Assembly: GCF_009914755.1 (NCBI RefSeq)
Contig: NC_060925.1
Length of the DNA: 64,000 nt
Origin: the human T2T-CHM13v2.0 reference genome, Homo sapiens
Strand: one strand, 5' to 3'
A model generated the notes under the pieces. That model ran no database searches. It saw nothing but the letters and a program-made list of their open reading frames with translations, and was not told where the DNA came from. The translations under genes were made by a program, and so were the position numbers. Below, in pieces: positions 1 to 14,656 of this stretch. The stretch's first letter is position 1, and each line of letters opens with the position of its first letter.

Positions 1-469
1 GGGATATGATAGGGGTGGAGCAGTCTCCTCACCCTAATCTCAACCCCCTCTATAATCAGCAATGTTCTACGTCCCCTTCCTGTTTGTCATAACCTCCATC
101 ATCTTCACCATGGCATAAAATAAAATTATATAATCCGAATCTACCAAGCTTGTCTGTTGATATGAAAAAAGGGTATTTTCAGAATTTAACAAAGTCTTCT
201 TCAGCAAAGCCTGGCTTTCAGAACTGTTGTCTCATTGTGGGGTCTCAAAAATATTCAGAAATCAGGAGCTACATATAAACTCTTTATTTTGGAATTTCAT
301 CATAAAATCTTAATCCTTTTTTAGCTGAATAGAAGGAAGTTCATACATAAAGAAGTGTAATACGAAAAATAAAACACTTTAATATATTGCAGGAACACCA
401 CTCCTTTTATAGTGGATATTGTGGTGTTCCATTTAGACATCCTCTTCAGGGCCGATAGCCCATCCCCCA

Positions 470-833
470 ACTGGTAGGGATTTGAGGATTTCAGTGGGCC
501 TGCATGGCTCTGCCTCTCACTGCACATTGCTCTGGGCCACAGGGACCTGCCCTACTCAAAGTTGTTGCCTCTCAAGGGATAGCCCTTGGCCAATGACTGC
601 ATTATGCAGAGATACAAAGGCCTGTTCCCTTGTCTCAGTGTGGGATGACTCTGAAGGGCTCTTCCAGCTCCACAGTTTCCCAAAGCTCAGGGGAGCCTTG
701 GATGAAACTGTGCTGTAGGTCAGCTTGTCCCCTTGCCCAATTCTGCCTTCCACACTTGCCCAATAAACCTTCTGCCAACAACTGTCCCAACCCTCCCTCT
801 CAGAATCTGCTTCCAGGAAACCCAACCTATGAC
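470..833 (+). mobile_element. ERVL LTR16(C)-like solo LTR
   Basis: GGCCAATGACTG...ACAAAGGCC core, CAATAAA, and terminal TCTGCTTCCAGGAAACCCAACCTATGAC. Confidence 0.65.
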
Positions 834-924
834 TCCTTTGAATTTGTAAATCTAGCACAGAGCAGGCTTTGCACAGAACCCCGCAGCTAGCTATGAAGCC
901 CCATAACACGTTTCTTGTTCCTTC

Positions 925-1271
<347 letters not shown>

Positions 1272-1991
1272 TGAAGCTTATCTTTCCTTATGTTATAGTT
1301 ATTTATATATTTATTTTATCCCTCCAACTAGAATATAAACTTCTTGAGGAGAGATGCTGTGTTTTATGCATCTCTGTGAACCTTGAGACTTCAAACAGCA
1401 AGTCCTATTGTATTCACACGGTCACTCCTTTTTAGAGAAAGAGATGTGGGGTTGCTGTTTGCCTGGGATGGAGGTGGGGGTGAGGGATGTCACCAGAGAC
1501 CAGTGAAAAAAATGTACCATATTGTTTGGCTTCTAAGCTGAAAGACTACTTATTTTTTAAGGCAAGTTTGCATAGCTGTACAACCAAGACCTGGAAGTAG
1601 AATTAGCTGAATCAGCATCCTCTGACCTCAGACTAAAGAGTTAATAGGAGACAGTGTCTCTGTTCTACCCTTAGTTCCAGCTCTTCACACTGGGGGGAAG
1701 CTTGTCAGAGAAATGTGGGGTCCTGCTGATGAATGGAGTATGGATGGGAAGTCTGACAATCTCTCAGGAGTATGACTAACCTGAGGGACTTAGATACAAC
1801 AGAGTCCTGACTAGAGCCCCTGTCCAGGTGACAGCCTTCAAGGACATCAGCAACTGGTCCCAGAACAGGCTTGACCAGATAAATTGATGATCACTGGTCC
1901 CTTCCATTGCCACCACCAGTGACCAATCATACATGAAAAAGATCAGCCACTCCCACCCATTCCCCCAAGGACTGACCAATCACATAAGATA

Positions 1992-2034
1992 CACACACAC
2001 ACAGACACAGACACACACACACACACACACACAC
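1992..2034. repeat. (CA)n microsatellite, interrupted
   Basis: Read directly from the sequence. Confidence 0.95.
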
Positions 2035-4702
2035 CCCCAACTGTAACTAATCCAACAATCCTGAACTGACCTGGGAAGTCACTAGATTGGAATGAATTTA
2101 CCTGATTATATGTAAACTAAATCCACCAGGATCCAGCTCACAGCTATGTAGTAAAGCCAGTTCTAGAAATAAAATTTCATTTTTTTGAGTACTAAAAATC
2201 TGGGCACCGTTATAATAGGAATTAAGTTATATGCCCATTACAACTCTATAGGAAAAAAATTCATTAAGGTCATCGTTCAAGTCAGAAACTAGCCCCTGTG
2301 CCCAATGACTATTGAAAAACATTCAGAGCTCCCTAGAAGTGTTGACTGCAACATCAAAAAGGCCAAATTAATCTTTGTCAAGGTGGAAATCAATTATACT
2401 TTTTTTTCTAATTTTGTACCTCATCAAAGCGAAATCCTGAGGTCTGGATTTTTAAAAATATCTTTTAATGCGTTTCATAATGTTTATTTTTCTGATTATC
2501 ATAAATGCAAGCAATCTCACAAATTGTAGCTTTCAGTCTACCTTAAAAGATTATTAATTTTAAATATTCTTTAAACATTTTATACATAGTGGAGCTTATT
2601 AACAGATTAGGAACAATTTTCTATTAATCTTAAAAATACACACGTCAAGGGTAAGTGATTTTATAAAAGGAAAGTACAAGATTTTCTTGTCCATAATTCA
2701 CACCCCTCAGGACCTTTGGATTCTTTCTAATTTTTCATCTCTATGAATACAACTACAATGAAAATACATTGAATAAATCATCATCCAGATTTTTAAAATA
2801 ATTTAACAGCTTCATTGGTATACAGAAATCTGCACGTATTTAGCATATATAATTTGATGAGCACATTATCCACTCCACATTTTAAATCACATTCTTAGAA
2901 GTGGAATACAAACATTTATAAGATTCTTACAGTTATTTAGTCATTCAACAAATATATATAAAAATTTTATTCCAGAATCTAAGAATGTTGTAGAGATCAA
3001 GAGAGCTGATCCCTTCCCCCAGGGATTACATTTCACTGCGGAAACAAACATTAAATCATTAACTATACAAGTAAGTATTCTATAATACTTGCAGGGAGTG
3101 CTAAAAGGAGAACTATACAGTGAGAAAGAGTGTGGGAGAGCGGTGCCTCCCCTGGTGGAGGCGGACAGCAGGGACAAGAAGCAGGGAGGCTTTCCCTAAG
3201 CAAGGATCGTTTGTCCTGTAATCTGAAGCCACGGGGGGCCAGGATGAAGGGCAGCCAGAGGATAGCCTTGGAAGGACCTGAAGAAACAAGTATCTGAGGA
3301 ACTTTGTCACACGTGTTTGGAATGAAGACAGCAAGCAGAAGAGGGTCCTTTGAGCCAGCTGATGAGGGGGGCAGGGCCAGTGTTCCACAAGGTCTTTATC
3401 ACAGTCTCACAGGGCTGAATGCATGGTTTTTAGGAACCACTGATTTTACCACTTTTCCTTTTATTTTCAAAAATTTCTAGTGAGTTTGAAACTTAAAAAT
3501 GTTTTAGCCACTCATATTTCTTCTTTTATGAACTTGTCGTATCCTTCATAATTTTTTTTTAACGCTCCCTCAACCCAGCTTTTCCCAACTCCAGGAAGGA
3601 CCGGGAAGAGAAGGCCAATCTAGTTACTTTATCTTGGTTTTAAATGATAAAACAATACATGAATACTGAAAAAACCTCAAACAGTAAAAAAGTATATTAA
3701 AAATGTTTTAATTTTTAATTTTTGTGGGTACAGAGTAGGTGTGTGTATTTATGGGGTACATGAGACATTTGATACGGGGCATGCAATGCATAATAATGAC
3801 ATCATGCTAAATCGGGTATCTATGCCCTCAAGCATTTATCCTTTGTGTTACAGACAATCCAGTTAGACTCTCTTAGTTATTTTTAATTGTACAATTAAAT
3901 TATCAACTATAGTCACCCTGTTGTGCCATCAAATACTAGGTTTTACTCATTCTATTTTTTGTACCTGTTAACCATCCTCCACTTTCCCCCCTTATCCCCC
4001 TACTACCCTTCCCAGCCTCTGGTAACCATCCCTCTACTCTCTACCTCCATGAGTTCAATTGTTTTAATTTTTACATCCCACAAATAAGTGAAAACATGTG
4101 AAATTTGTCTTTCTGTGCCTGGCTTATTTCATTTAACATAATGACCTCCAGTTCTTTCCATATTGTTGCAAATGACAGGATCTCATGCTTTTTTATGGCT
4201 GAATAGTATTCCATTGTGTATATGTACCACATTTTCTTTACCCATTCATCTGTTAATGGACACTTAGGTCGCTTCCAAATCTTGGTTATTGTGAATAGTG
4301 CTGCAATAAACATGGGAGTGCAGATACTTCTTTGATATACTGATTTCCTTTATTTGGAGTATATATGCAGCAGTGTGATTGCTGAATGATATAACTCTGT
4401 GTTTACTTTTTTGAGGAACCTCCAAAATATTCTTTGTAGTGGTTGTACTAATCTACATTCCCACCAACAGTGTATGTGAGTTCCCTTTTCTCCACATCCT
4501 TACCATCATTTGTTATTGCCTGTCTTTTGGATAAAAGCCATTTTAACTGGGATCAGATGATATCTTACTGTAGTTTTGAGTTGCATTTCCCTGATGATCA
4601 ATGACGTTGGGCACATTTTCATATACCTGTTTGCCATCTGTACGTCTTCTTTAGAGAAGTGTCTACTCAGATCTTTTGCCCATTTTTTAATCAGATTGTT
4701 AG

Positions 4703-5442
<740 letters not shown>

Positions 5443-8275
5443 TAGAGGGTTTCCCCAATGTTTTCTTGCAGTAGTTTCATAGGTTGAGGTCTTAGATTTA
5501 CATATTTAATCCATTTTGATTTGATTTTTGCATGTGGTGAGAGTTAGGTGCCTAGTTTCATTCTTTCACTTATGGATATCCAGTTTTCCCAGCACCATTT
5601 ATTGAAGAGACTGTTCTTTCTCCAATATACGTTCTTGTCACCTTTGTCAAAAAAGAGTTCACTGTAGACATATGGATTTATTTCTGGGTTCTCTTTTCTG
5701 TTCCATTGGTCTATGTGTCTGTTTTTATGCCATTCCCATGCTGTGTTCATTACTATAGCTCTGCAGTATAATTTGAAGTTAAGTAATGTGATTCCTCCAC
5801 TTTTGTTTTTTTTGCTCAGATTACCTTTGGTTATTCTGGGTCTTTTGTGTTGCCACATAAATTTTAGAATTATTTTTCTTATTTCTGTGAAGAACGTAAT
5901 TGGTATTTTGATAGAGGTTGCATTGAATCTCTAGATCATTTTAGATAGTATGGACATTTTAACAATATTGATCCTTCCAATTCATGAACGTGGAATGTCT
6001 TTTTTTTATCATGAAGGCATGTTTTTATTATGAAGGCATGCTGAATTTTATCAAATGCTTTTTCATCATCAATTGAAATGATTACATGGTTTTTGTCCTT
6101 CATTCTGTTGATATGATGTATCACATAGATCGATTTGCATATGTTGAACCATCCCTGCATCCCTGGGATAAGTCCCAGGGATGATCATGATGAATGATCT
6201 TTTTAATGCATTGTTGAATTATGTTTGCTTACATTTTGTTGAGGATTTTTACATCAATATTCATGAGAGATATTGACCTGAAGTTTTCTTTTTTTGATGT
6301 GTCTTTGTCTGGTGTTGGTATCAGGGTAATACTGACTTCTTAGAACAAGTTTGGAAGTATTTCCTCCTCCTCTATTTTTCAGAATAATTTGAGTATAATG
6401 AGTATTATTCTTCTTTAAATGTTTGGTAGAATTCAGCATGGTAGAAGCCATCAGGTCAGGGCTTATCTTTGCTGGGGGACTTTTTATTACAGTTTTGATC
6501 TCATTACTTGTTATTGGTCTGTTCAGGTTTTGGATCTCTTCATGATTTAGGTAGGGTAGGTGGTATGTGTCTAGGAATTTGTCCATTTCTTCTAGGTTTT
6601 CCAATTTATTGGCATATAGTTGCTTATGGTAACCAGTAATGATCCTTTGAATTTCTGTGGTATCAATCATAATGTCTCACTTTTCATCTCTGATTCTATT
6701 TATTTGGATTTTCTCTCTTTTTCTCTTAGTCTAGGTAAAGGTTTGTCATTTTTGTTTATCTTTTCAAAAAACCAACTTTTTGTTTCATTTATATTTCCTA
6801 TTTTTTTCATTTCAATTTCATTTATTTGTGCTCTAATATGTATTATTTCTTTTCATCTACCAATTTTGAGTTTGGTTTGCTCTTCCTTTTCTAGTTCTTT
6901 AAGATGTATCATTAGGCTATTTGCTTGGAGTTTTTTTTTTTTCTTTTTTGATGTAGGCACATGTAGCTATAAATTTCCCTCTTAGTACTGCTTTTGCTGC
7001 ATCCCATAAGTTTTGGTATGTTGTGTTTCTATTATCATATGTTTCAAGAAATTTTTCAGTTTCCTTCTTAATTTCTTCATTGATGCACTTTCATTCAGGA
7101 GCATTTTGTTTAATTTACCTGTGTTGTATAGTTTGCAAAATTCTTCTTGTTATTGATTTCTTGTTTTATTCTGGAAAATGCTTGATATTATTTCAGCTTT
7201 TTTGAACCTTTTAAGACTTGTTTTATGATCTAACATATGGTCTGTCCTTCAGAATGATCCATGTGCTGAGGAGAAAAATGTGTATTCTGCAGCTCTTGGA
7301 CAAAATGTTCTGTAAATATCTATAAGGTCTATTTGTTCCATGGTGCAAATTAAGTCCAATGTTTCTTTGTTAATATTTTTGTCTGGAAGATCTGTCCAAT
7401 GGCAAAAGTGGGGTGTTGAAGTCTGTTATTATTGCATTGAGGTTTCTCTCTCTTTGGCACTAATAATATTTGTTTTATCTGGGTGCTCCAGTGTTGAGTG
7501 CATATACATTTAAAACTGTCATACCATCTTGCTGAATTGACTCCTTTATCATTATATAATGACCTTCTTTGTCTCTTCTTACAGTTTTTGTCTTGAAATG
7601 TATTTTGTCTGAAGTATAGCTACTCTTGCTCTTTTTTGGTTTCCACTGGCATGGAATGTCTTTTTCCATCCCTTTATTGTCAGTCTATATGTATCTTTAT
7701 AGGTGAAGTGTTTTTCTTGGAGACAACAGATCATTGGGTCTTGTTTTTTATTATTAATTCATCCACTCTGTCTTTTGATTGGAGAGTTTAGTCCATTTAC
7801 ATTCAATGTTATTATTGATAAGTAAGGACTTACTGCTACTATTTTGTTATTTGCTTTCTGGTTGTTTTGTGGTCTTCTCTTTCTTCTTTCCTTCCTTCCA
7901 GCCCTTTCAATGAAGGTGATTTTCACTGGCAGTATGATTTAATTTCTTGCTTTTAATTCTTTGTGTATCTGTTGTATTTTTTAATTTAAGGTTACCATGA
8001 AGCTGGTAAATACTATCTTATAACCCATCATTTAAAATTGATGACACTTAACACTAATTGCATAAACGAAGAAATAAGCAAAAAGAAGACTGATAAAAAA
8101 CGATACACTTTGACTTTACCCCCCTGCTATTTAACTTTTTGTTGTTTCTTTATATCTTATTGTATGTACTGTCTATGTCTTGAAAAGTTGTTGAAGTAAT
8201 TACAACTACAACAAATGTAGTTTGTCATTTTGCATTTCTACTTAGGAGTAGTTTACACACCACAATTACAGCGTT

Positions 8276-8852
8276 TTTTAAATATTTTATTTTAGGTTTG
8301 GGAGTACACGTGAAGGTTTGTTACATAGGTAAACACGTGTCACAGGGGTTTGTTGTACCTATTATTTCATCATGAAGGTATTAAGCCCAGTACCTAATAG
8401 TTACTTTTTCTGCTCCTCTCCCTCCTCCCATCCTCCCACCTCAAGTAGATCTCAGTGTCTGTTGTTTCCTTCTTTGTATTCGTAAGTTCTTATCATTTAG
8501 CCTCCACTTGTAAGTTATAACATGTAGTGTTTGGTTTTCTGTTCCTGTGTTAGTTTGCTAAGGATAATAACCTCCAACTCTATCCATGTTCCACAAAAGA
8601 CATGATCTCAGTCTTTTTTATGGCTGCATAGTATTTCATGGTGTATATGTATTACATTTTCTTTATCCAATCTGGCATTGATGAGCATTTAGGTTGATTC
8701 CATGCCTTTGCTATTGTGAATAGTGCTGCAATGAACATTCACGTTCATGTGTCTTTATAGTAAAATGATTTATATTCCTCTGGGTATATACCCAATAATG
8801 AGATTGCTGGGCCAAATGGCAGTTCCTCTTTTAGCTCTTTGAGGAATTGCCA
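8276..8852 (-). mobile_element. 5'-truncated L1PA13-16-like 3' end nested in the L1MA
   Basis: L1PA 3'UTR plus ORF2 C-terminus; TSD ACAG(C/T)GTT at 8268-8275 and 8853-8860. Confidence 0.8.
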
Positions 8853-9867
8853 GACAGTGTTATAATTGTCCATGATTTTCCATGTACCCACTATTACCAG
8901 TAAGTCTGTGTCCTGAAAATTTGTTGAAATTATCATGTTTGATAGGTTCATCTTTTAGTCTTTCTATTCAAAATGTGAGTAGTTTACCCACCACAATTAC
9001 AGTGTCATAGTATTCTATGTTTTTGTGTGTACCTACTATTACCAGTGAGTTTTATATCTTCTGATGATTTCTTATTGCTCATTAACATCCTTTTCTTTCA
9101 GATTGAAAAACTCCCTTTAGCATTTCTTCTAGGACAGGTCTGATGTTGATGAAATCCCTCAGCTTTTGTTTGTCTGGGAAAGTCTTCATTTCTCCTTCAT
9201 GTTTGAAGGATATTTTCACAGATATACTACTCTTGGGTAAAAGTTATTTTCCTTCAGCACTTTAAATATGTCATGCCACTCTCTCCTAGTCTGTAAGGTT
9301 TCCACCGAAAAGTCTGCTGCCAGACTTTTGCCTTTTGTCTCCTCTGACTGCATATTTTCAAATAGCCTGTCTTCAGGCTCACTAATTCTTTCTTCTGCTT
9401 GATCAATTCTGCTATTAAGAGACTCTAATGCATTCCTCAGTATGTCACTTGCATTTTTTATTCTAGAATTTCTGCTTGATTGGTGCTTCATTGTAAGTGG
9501 CTTCTTTTCTGTTTTTAGGGTCCTTTCTTTATCCATGATCTTTGGCAGTTTGATTATTAAATGCCTTGAGGTAGCCTTCTTTGGGTTAAATCTGCTCAGC
9601 GTTCTACAACCTTCTTGTACTTGAATATTGATATCTTTCCCTTGGTTTGGGAAGTTCTCTGATATTACCATTTTGAATAAACTTTCTACCCCTATTTCTT
9701 TCTCTACTGCCTCTTTAAGGCCAATAACACTTAGACTTGCCCTTCTGAGGTTATTTCCTAGCAGGTGTGCCGCATTCTTTTTTATTCTTTTTTCTTTTGC
9801 GTCTTCTGACTGTGTATTCTTGAATAGTCTGTCTTCAAGCTGACTAATTCTTTCTTCTCAAGCAATT

Positions 9868-9955
9868 CAGGAGAATCGCTTGAGCCCAGGAGTTCAAGAC
9901 CAGCCTGGGCAACACAGCAAGACCCTGTCCCAAAAAGAAATAAAAAATAAAAAGT
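9868..9955 (+). mobile_element. Alu monomer fragment (FLAM/left-arm-like)
   Basis: CAGGAGAATCGCTTGAGCCCAGGAGTTCAAGACCAGCCTGGGCAAC followed by an A-rich tail. Confidence 0.8.
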
Positions 9956-11489
9956 AGTATGAAAAGCCTTAGAAATCTGCCTGGTGTTCTATTCTATTGT
10001 GATTACGCTGGTATTCAAACCATAAGACAAAGTTCTTCCCGCTCTTTCCTCCTTTTTCCACAGGCAGGAAAGCCTCTCCCTATGGCCACCACTACCACCA
10101 GTCCCAAGGGAGTTCTGCCACACCACCACCCATGTTCACTTAAGGCCCAAGGGCTCTTCAAGCCAGCTTTTAATGAATGCTGCCAGGCCTGGGACTCACC
10201 CTTCAGGGCAGAGGTCTCCCCTCTGGCCCAGGGCAAGTTCAAGAATGCCTAGGCCTGGACTTGGGACCCCAAAAGCCTACTTGGTGTCTACCCCACTGTG
10301 GCCAAGCTGGTACCTGAAGCCAGCACATCTGAGTCTCACCCAAGGCCCACAGCATACCACCTGTGTATTGCTGTTATTTACTCAAGGCCCAAGAGCTCTT
10401 TAGTCAGCAGGTGATGAATCCTGCCAGGACTGGGTCCTTCCCTTCAAGACAGCAGTTTCTCTTCTGACCCAGGGTGTGTCTAGAAATGTTGTCCAGGAAC
10501 TAGAGCCTGAACTGGGGGCCTCAAAACTCTGCCCAGTGCCCTATTCTGCTGTGGTTGAGCTGGTATCCAAGATGCAGGACAAAGTTCTCTTCACTCTCCT
10601 CTCCTCAAGCAGAAGGAAGAAGTCACTTTCATTGTTCTGAGCTGCGCTGCTTGAGGCTGTGGGAGGGGTGGCACAAATACTCCCCAAGCCACCCTGTCTG
10701 CTGTCTCACTAGGTCACGCACTGCCCCGGTCCACTGGCTCTGAGACCAGCACAGCATCAGGACTTGCCTAAGAATTGCAGTCCTTATATCCTAGGCTGCC
10801 TTCCAAGTTCACTTAGTATCCCACAGCTTGCTGAGAAACTCAAGTTTCTACCACGGGAATGGGTGCTTCCCCTCTGGCTAGGGCTGGTCTAAATGTTCCC
10901 TCTGTGGGCAGGTGCTGGCTGAGTTCAGCACAGTTTTGCTTTCCACTGTCACAGGGCAGCACTAAGTTCAGTGCAAATTCCCCCAGTTGCTGTGGTCTCC
11001 CTTCCCCAAGTGTACAGATTCTCTCTCTGCACCACACAGCTGCTTTGTGGTGGGGAGGACTGGGGAGGGGTGGTGTCAGCAATCCATGACTGTTTTTCCT
11101 ACCCTCTTTAGTGCCTCTTTCTGCAATATGAATTTTAAAGTAGGTACTGTGATCACTCACTTGATTTTTGGTTCTTATGAAGGTGCTTTTTTGTGTGCAG
11201 ATAGCTGTTAAAATGTGGTGTTCCTGCAGGGGGGTGAGAGGGATGATCAGTGGAGCCTTCTATTCATCAGCCATCTTGCTCCATCCTCAGTAAACATTTT
11301 AAAAGCTAAAATGCCCTGACTTTATTCCCCTTCACAAATCCCATTCCCCAGAGGAAAGTAACCACTCTTACGGGGCTGATGTACATCCTTCCAGGTGTTT
11401 TCTTAACTCACAAAGGTATTCATACGTGGGTTCTTTCTCTTACTTTTTTTCATACTTACCTATCTATCCTCATCTCCTGCTCTCCCCTC

Positions 11490-11935
11490 TCTCTGTTTCA
11501 GTGATCAAGGCCTCCCTGCTGTTTATTGCACATACCAGGCTGGCCCTTCCCTTAGGGCATGTACAATTATGAGTCTTTCCCCCCATCTGCCTGGCTCCCT
11601 CACCTCTTTCATATCTTTATTCAAATGTCACTTTCTCATTGAGGCCTACCTTGCCCACTGGGTTGAATTGCAGCTTGCCATCTAGTGCTGGCACATCCAA
11701 CTTCCTCACCATGCTTTATTTATTTTCATAGTCTTTATTATTTTCTAATATATTATATTCTTCATTTAACATGATTTTGGTTTTTTTTCTGAAAACCCCA
11801 ATTACATTGTAAACTCCATGATGGCAGAAATTTTCATGTTTTCAGAGTATTTTGTCCACTGAGGTGTCCTAAGTGCCTGGAACAATGCCTGACATTTAGT
11901 AGGTGCTTGATAAATATCTGCTGAAAGAATTAACA
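11490..11935 (+). mobile_element. L2 3' end
   Basis: L2 terminal motif GTGCCTGGAACAATGCCTGACATTTAGTAGGTGCTTGATAAATATCTGCTGAA. Confidence 0.75.
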
Positions 11936-12094
11936 AATACAGTGGTGGTTTGTTTTCATGTTTTAATTTTATTAATAATGTTTTGTTTTAAAACCTACTG
12001 ATAATTTCTTTGGGGAATCCTTTCATTATTCTGAAGCTTCAAAAGTTGTGTCTTATCCTGAGAAAATAAGGATAGCCACAATCATGGCAAAAAC

Positions 12095-12305
12095 TCACTT
12101 CACTGAGCATTTACTATGTGCCAGGCATGGTGCTAAATTCTTGTACTTGCATTACCTCATTGAATCCTCACAGCAACCCTCTGAGATGATCTGTTATTAT
12201 GCCCAGTCTACAGATAAGTAATTGAAACTTAGATTAAGTAATGACCCAAAGTCACATAGTTACATAGTCACAAAGCTAACAAGTGTGGGAGATGGAATTT
12301 GGATC
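12095..12305 (-). mobile_element. MIR
   Basis: TGAGCATTTACTATGTGCCAGGC...AATCCTCACAGCAACCCT core. Confidence 0.8.
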
Positions 12306-12978
12306 CAGAAATAAACATAAACACCTAAATTATACTAGGGAGCAATGACTAACTTAAAAACTGTTTTTTAAGAGTCCAGACAGAGAGGCAGAGAAAAGAT
12401 GATAAGATGGCTACTGATTTCACAGCTGCATGGGAACAGCAGGTAGGCACCAATTTAGGCCCCACTCTGATGAGGTGGGGGATAGGGGTAGCACTCAGGG
12501 CTGTGTACACAGCCTTCTGTGTGAGAGTGACTATCTGAGTTGCATGCAGTGCCTTGCGTTAGCAGACTCAAGTTTCCATGGGAACATACTATAAGACAAG
12601 CTACCCTGGCCACCATCCTGAGTGAAAATGACAGTGTTTTTGGAGACATTGCCATAAATTCTTATGGAAGACACAACTACCATCAGTGGGCAATGCCATT
12701 CTAGAATAAGGATGCTCATGGAGTCAGGTTTAAATACCAAATTTGCTCTTATGAGTTGAGTGACTCTAGGCAGGTTTTTACATTCTCTGGGCTTCGTCTG
12801 TGAAGTGATGCAATAACACATACATCACAAAGTGATATTCACATCAATGGCATACAGTACATGGTAACTGCATTATCACAGCTATTGGTACATAGCATGA
12901 TAGTGGCTTTCTCATAGCTATTGACGATAATAAATTATGGTGAAATTCAACAAAAATGTTAAGAGCAATTAATCTGGT

Positions 12979-13125
12979 CCAGTGATGCTCAACTTTAACA
13001 TGCATACAAACTACCTGAAGAGCATGTTAAAACTATTTCCTGGATCTCATATTTAGAGATTTGATTCAGTAGGTTGAGATGGGCTCATGAATATGCATTT
13101 CTGTCTAGCTTATGGGTGACGCCGA
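12979..13125. mobile_element. MER5A-like hAT fragment
   Basis: CAGTGATGCTCAACTT...GATTCAGTAGG...ATATGCATTTCT. Confidence 0.6.
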
Positions 13126-13329
13126 TCCCTCTCATTTTATGGATAAAATCTTGAAAAATAAACACTTACCCCAAGTTGCACAGCAAGCTATTGTCAAGGC
13201 CTTGATAACAATGCCGGTTTCCTGGCTCCATGTCCAGAGCCCTTTTTGCTGTATGCCACTGCTTCCTAATTCTAATTCTGGCCTTGAGAATCTCAGTTTA
13301 GTAAACAAACTTTAAAATATTATTCTTAC

Positions 13330-13473
13330 CTTACCAAATTCACTGTTGTAAATAAAATGAATATGAAAGGTATAGTGTGAAATTCATAGTGGCTGAGTTC
13401 TCCACATCCAATCACAATGCCAAAGAAAGCATATATTAAATGTTCATATACAGATGAAAAAATTCTTAAGAAC
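13330..13473 (-). CDS. SLC9C2: SLC9C2 exon 9, FLRIFSSVYEHLIYAFFG...TVNLVR
   Basis: Acceptor ttcatcctag and donor AG|GTAAGA; 144 nt; cumulative CDS 1046 nt. The next exon was not found within 1-13329. Confidence 0.95.
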
Positions 13474-14656
13474 CTAGGATGAATGAAATAGAAATGACAT
13501 TTTAAGCAATCATCTTAAAAATATATTTTCCTTTTCATATAAAATCATATATCTTATATCTACCATGCTGTCTTAGCAGAGGCCCTTGCCTTCATCTCTG
13601 TTATAGTCAACATTTAAAAGAATTTTGTTGGATCTAAAAGCACCCAGTTCCATATTTTTCATTACCTTCATCACACCAATACCCATGGGCTGCTTCTCAC
13701 AGTAGAATAATAAGAGCAAAGCAGAAAAATGAGGACCTCCCCCAGCTGATGATTTATCAATTTCTCTGGGATTCAGTGGGAGCATGTCAACTCTTGGGCC
13801 TGCTACTGCTAAACCCGGAGTTGTAGTTGCTACTAGTAGGTACCTCGGTAACTTTGACTTTGCAATAGCTAACACGATCATCTCAATGCTCTCTGCACAA
13901 CCTCTCCCTCTGTGACTCACATGTACTCTTCTATTTACTTTGAAAGTCTCTCCTGTCTGCTTTCCTGTCTACTGAATTCCTAAAAGTCTTGTAAGGCTAA
14001 CTCTAATCCCATGTTGTCCATGAAAGCATCTTAAGCACCCTAGGTGGAGGTGGTCCTGCTCTGAATTCCTACGGTGCTGACTGTCTGCACTAATGTAGTT
14101 TTTAAGCAGAAGAAAGCATTAGAATCACCCAGACTGAATTCTAAAAATGGACAGAACCACCCCCAGAGATTCTTGCTGAGTAGACCAGAGCATGTGGGTT
14201 AGGGCAGGGGGCTGAGGCCTCAGTAGAGTACATGTTCTGTTCTGTATGGTTCCATGTGGTAGCACGCCTGGTCAGACCCAAGTGTGACTTCCACAAGCAG
14301 ATCTCAAGGCCTGCCTCCTCTAGACTCTCTCTCTTGAGACTTTCCCTTTCAGCTGACTGGGTAAGTGCATCTGCCCCACAAACCATTCTCCTTACAGGTG
14401 GATCTCAAAATTTATGCTCGGAAAGAAGCATAAGGAAGCCTCGTTTTAGCTGCAGACATAAATCATGTTCTTCGATACACACAGCATTACCCCAATCAAG
14501 GAGACAGTTTGGTTCTCCAAGTGATTTCTATCTCTTAATTCAATTGGTTCTGAACCCCTACTGGGGAAGAGTTTGAGTGAGGGGACCTCAAACCCCAGTG
14601 CATAGTTTTCAAAAAATTCAGAAGTCATGGAATAACTGACTGAGTTAAGTACTTTT

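Noticed and set aside
71-153. Minus-strand pseudo-exon (ttttttcatatcaacag acceptor, open frames)
   Set aside because: Weak donor (GTAGAA), and no frame resembles the expected continuation of the NHE domain after ...NLVR.
321-527. 68-aa ORF containing TIKGV, reminiscent of an NHE loop
   Set aside because: No suitable splice sites, partial overlap with an LTR, and similarity too short to be meaningful.
1610-1990. Possible LTR or promoter-like segment with two GACCAATCA motifs
   Set aside because: Could not define termini, a TSD or a family from sequence alone.
13573-13920. 115-aa minus-strand ORF near exon 9
   Set aside because: Non-ATG start, no recognisable domain, and exons 8 and 9 already join in frame without it.
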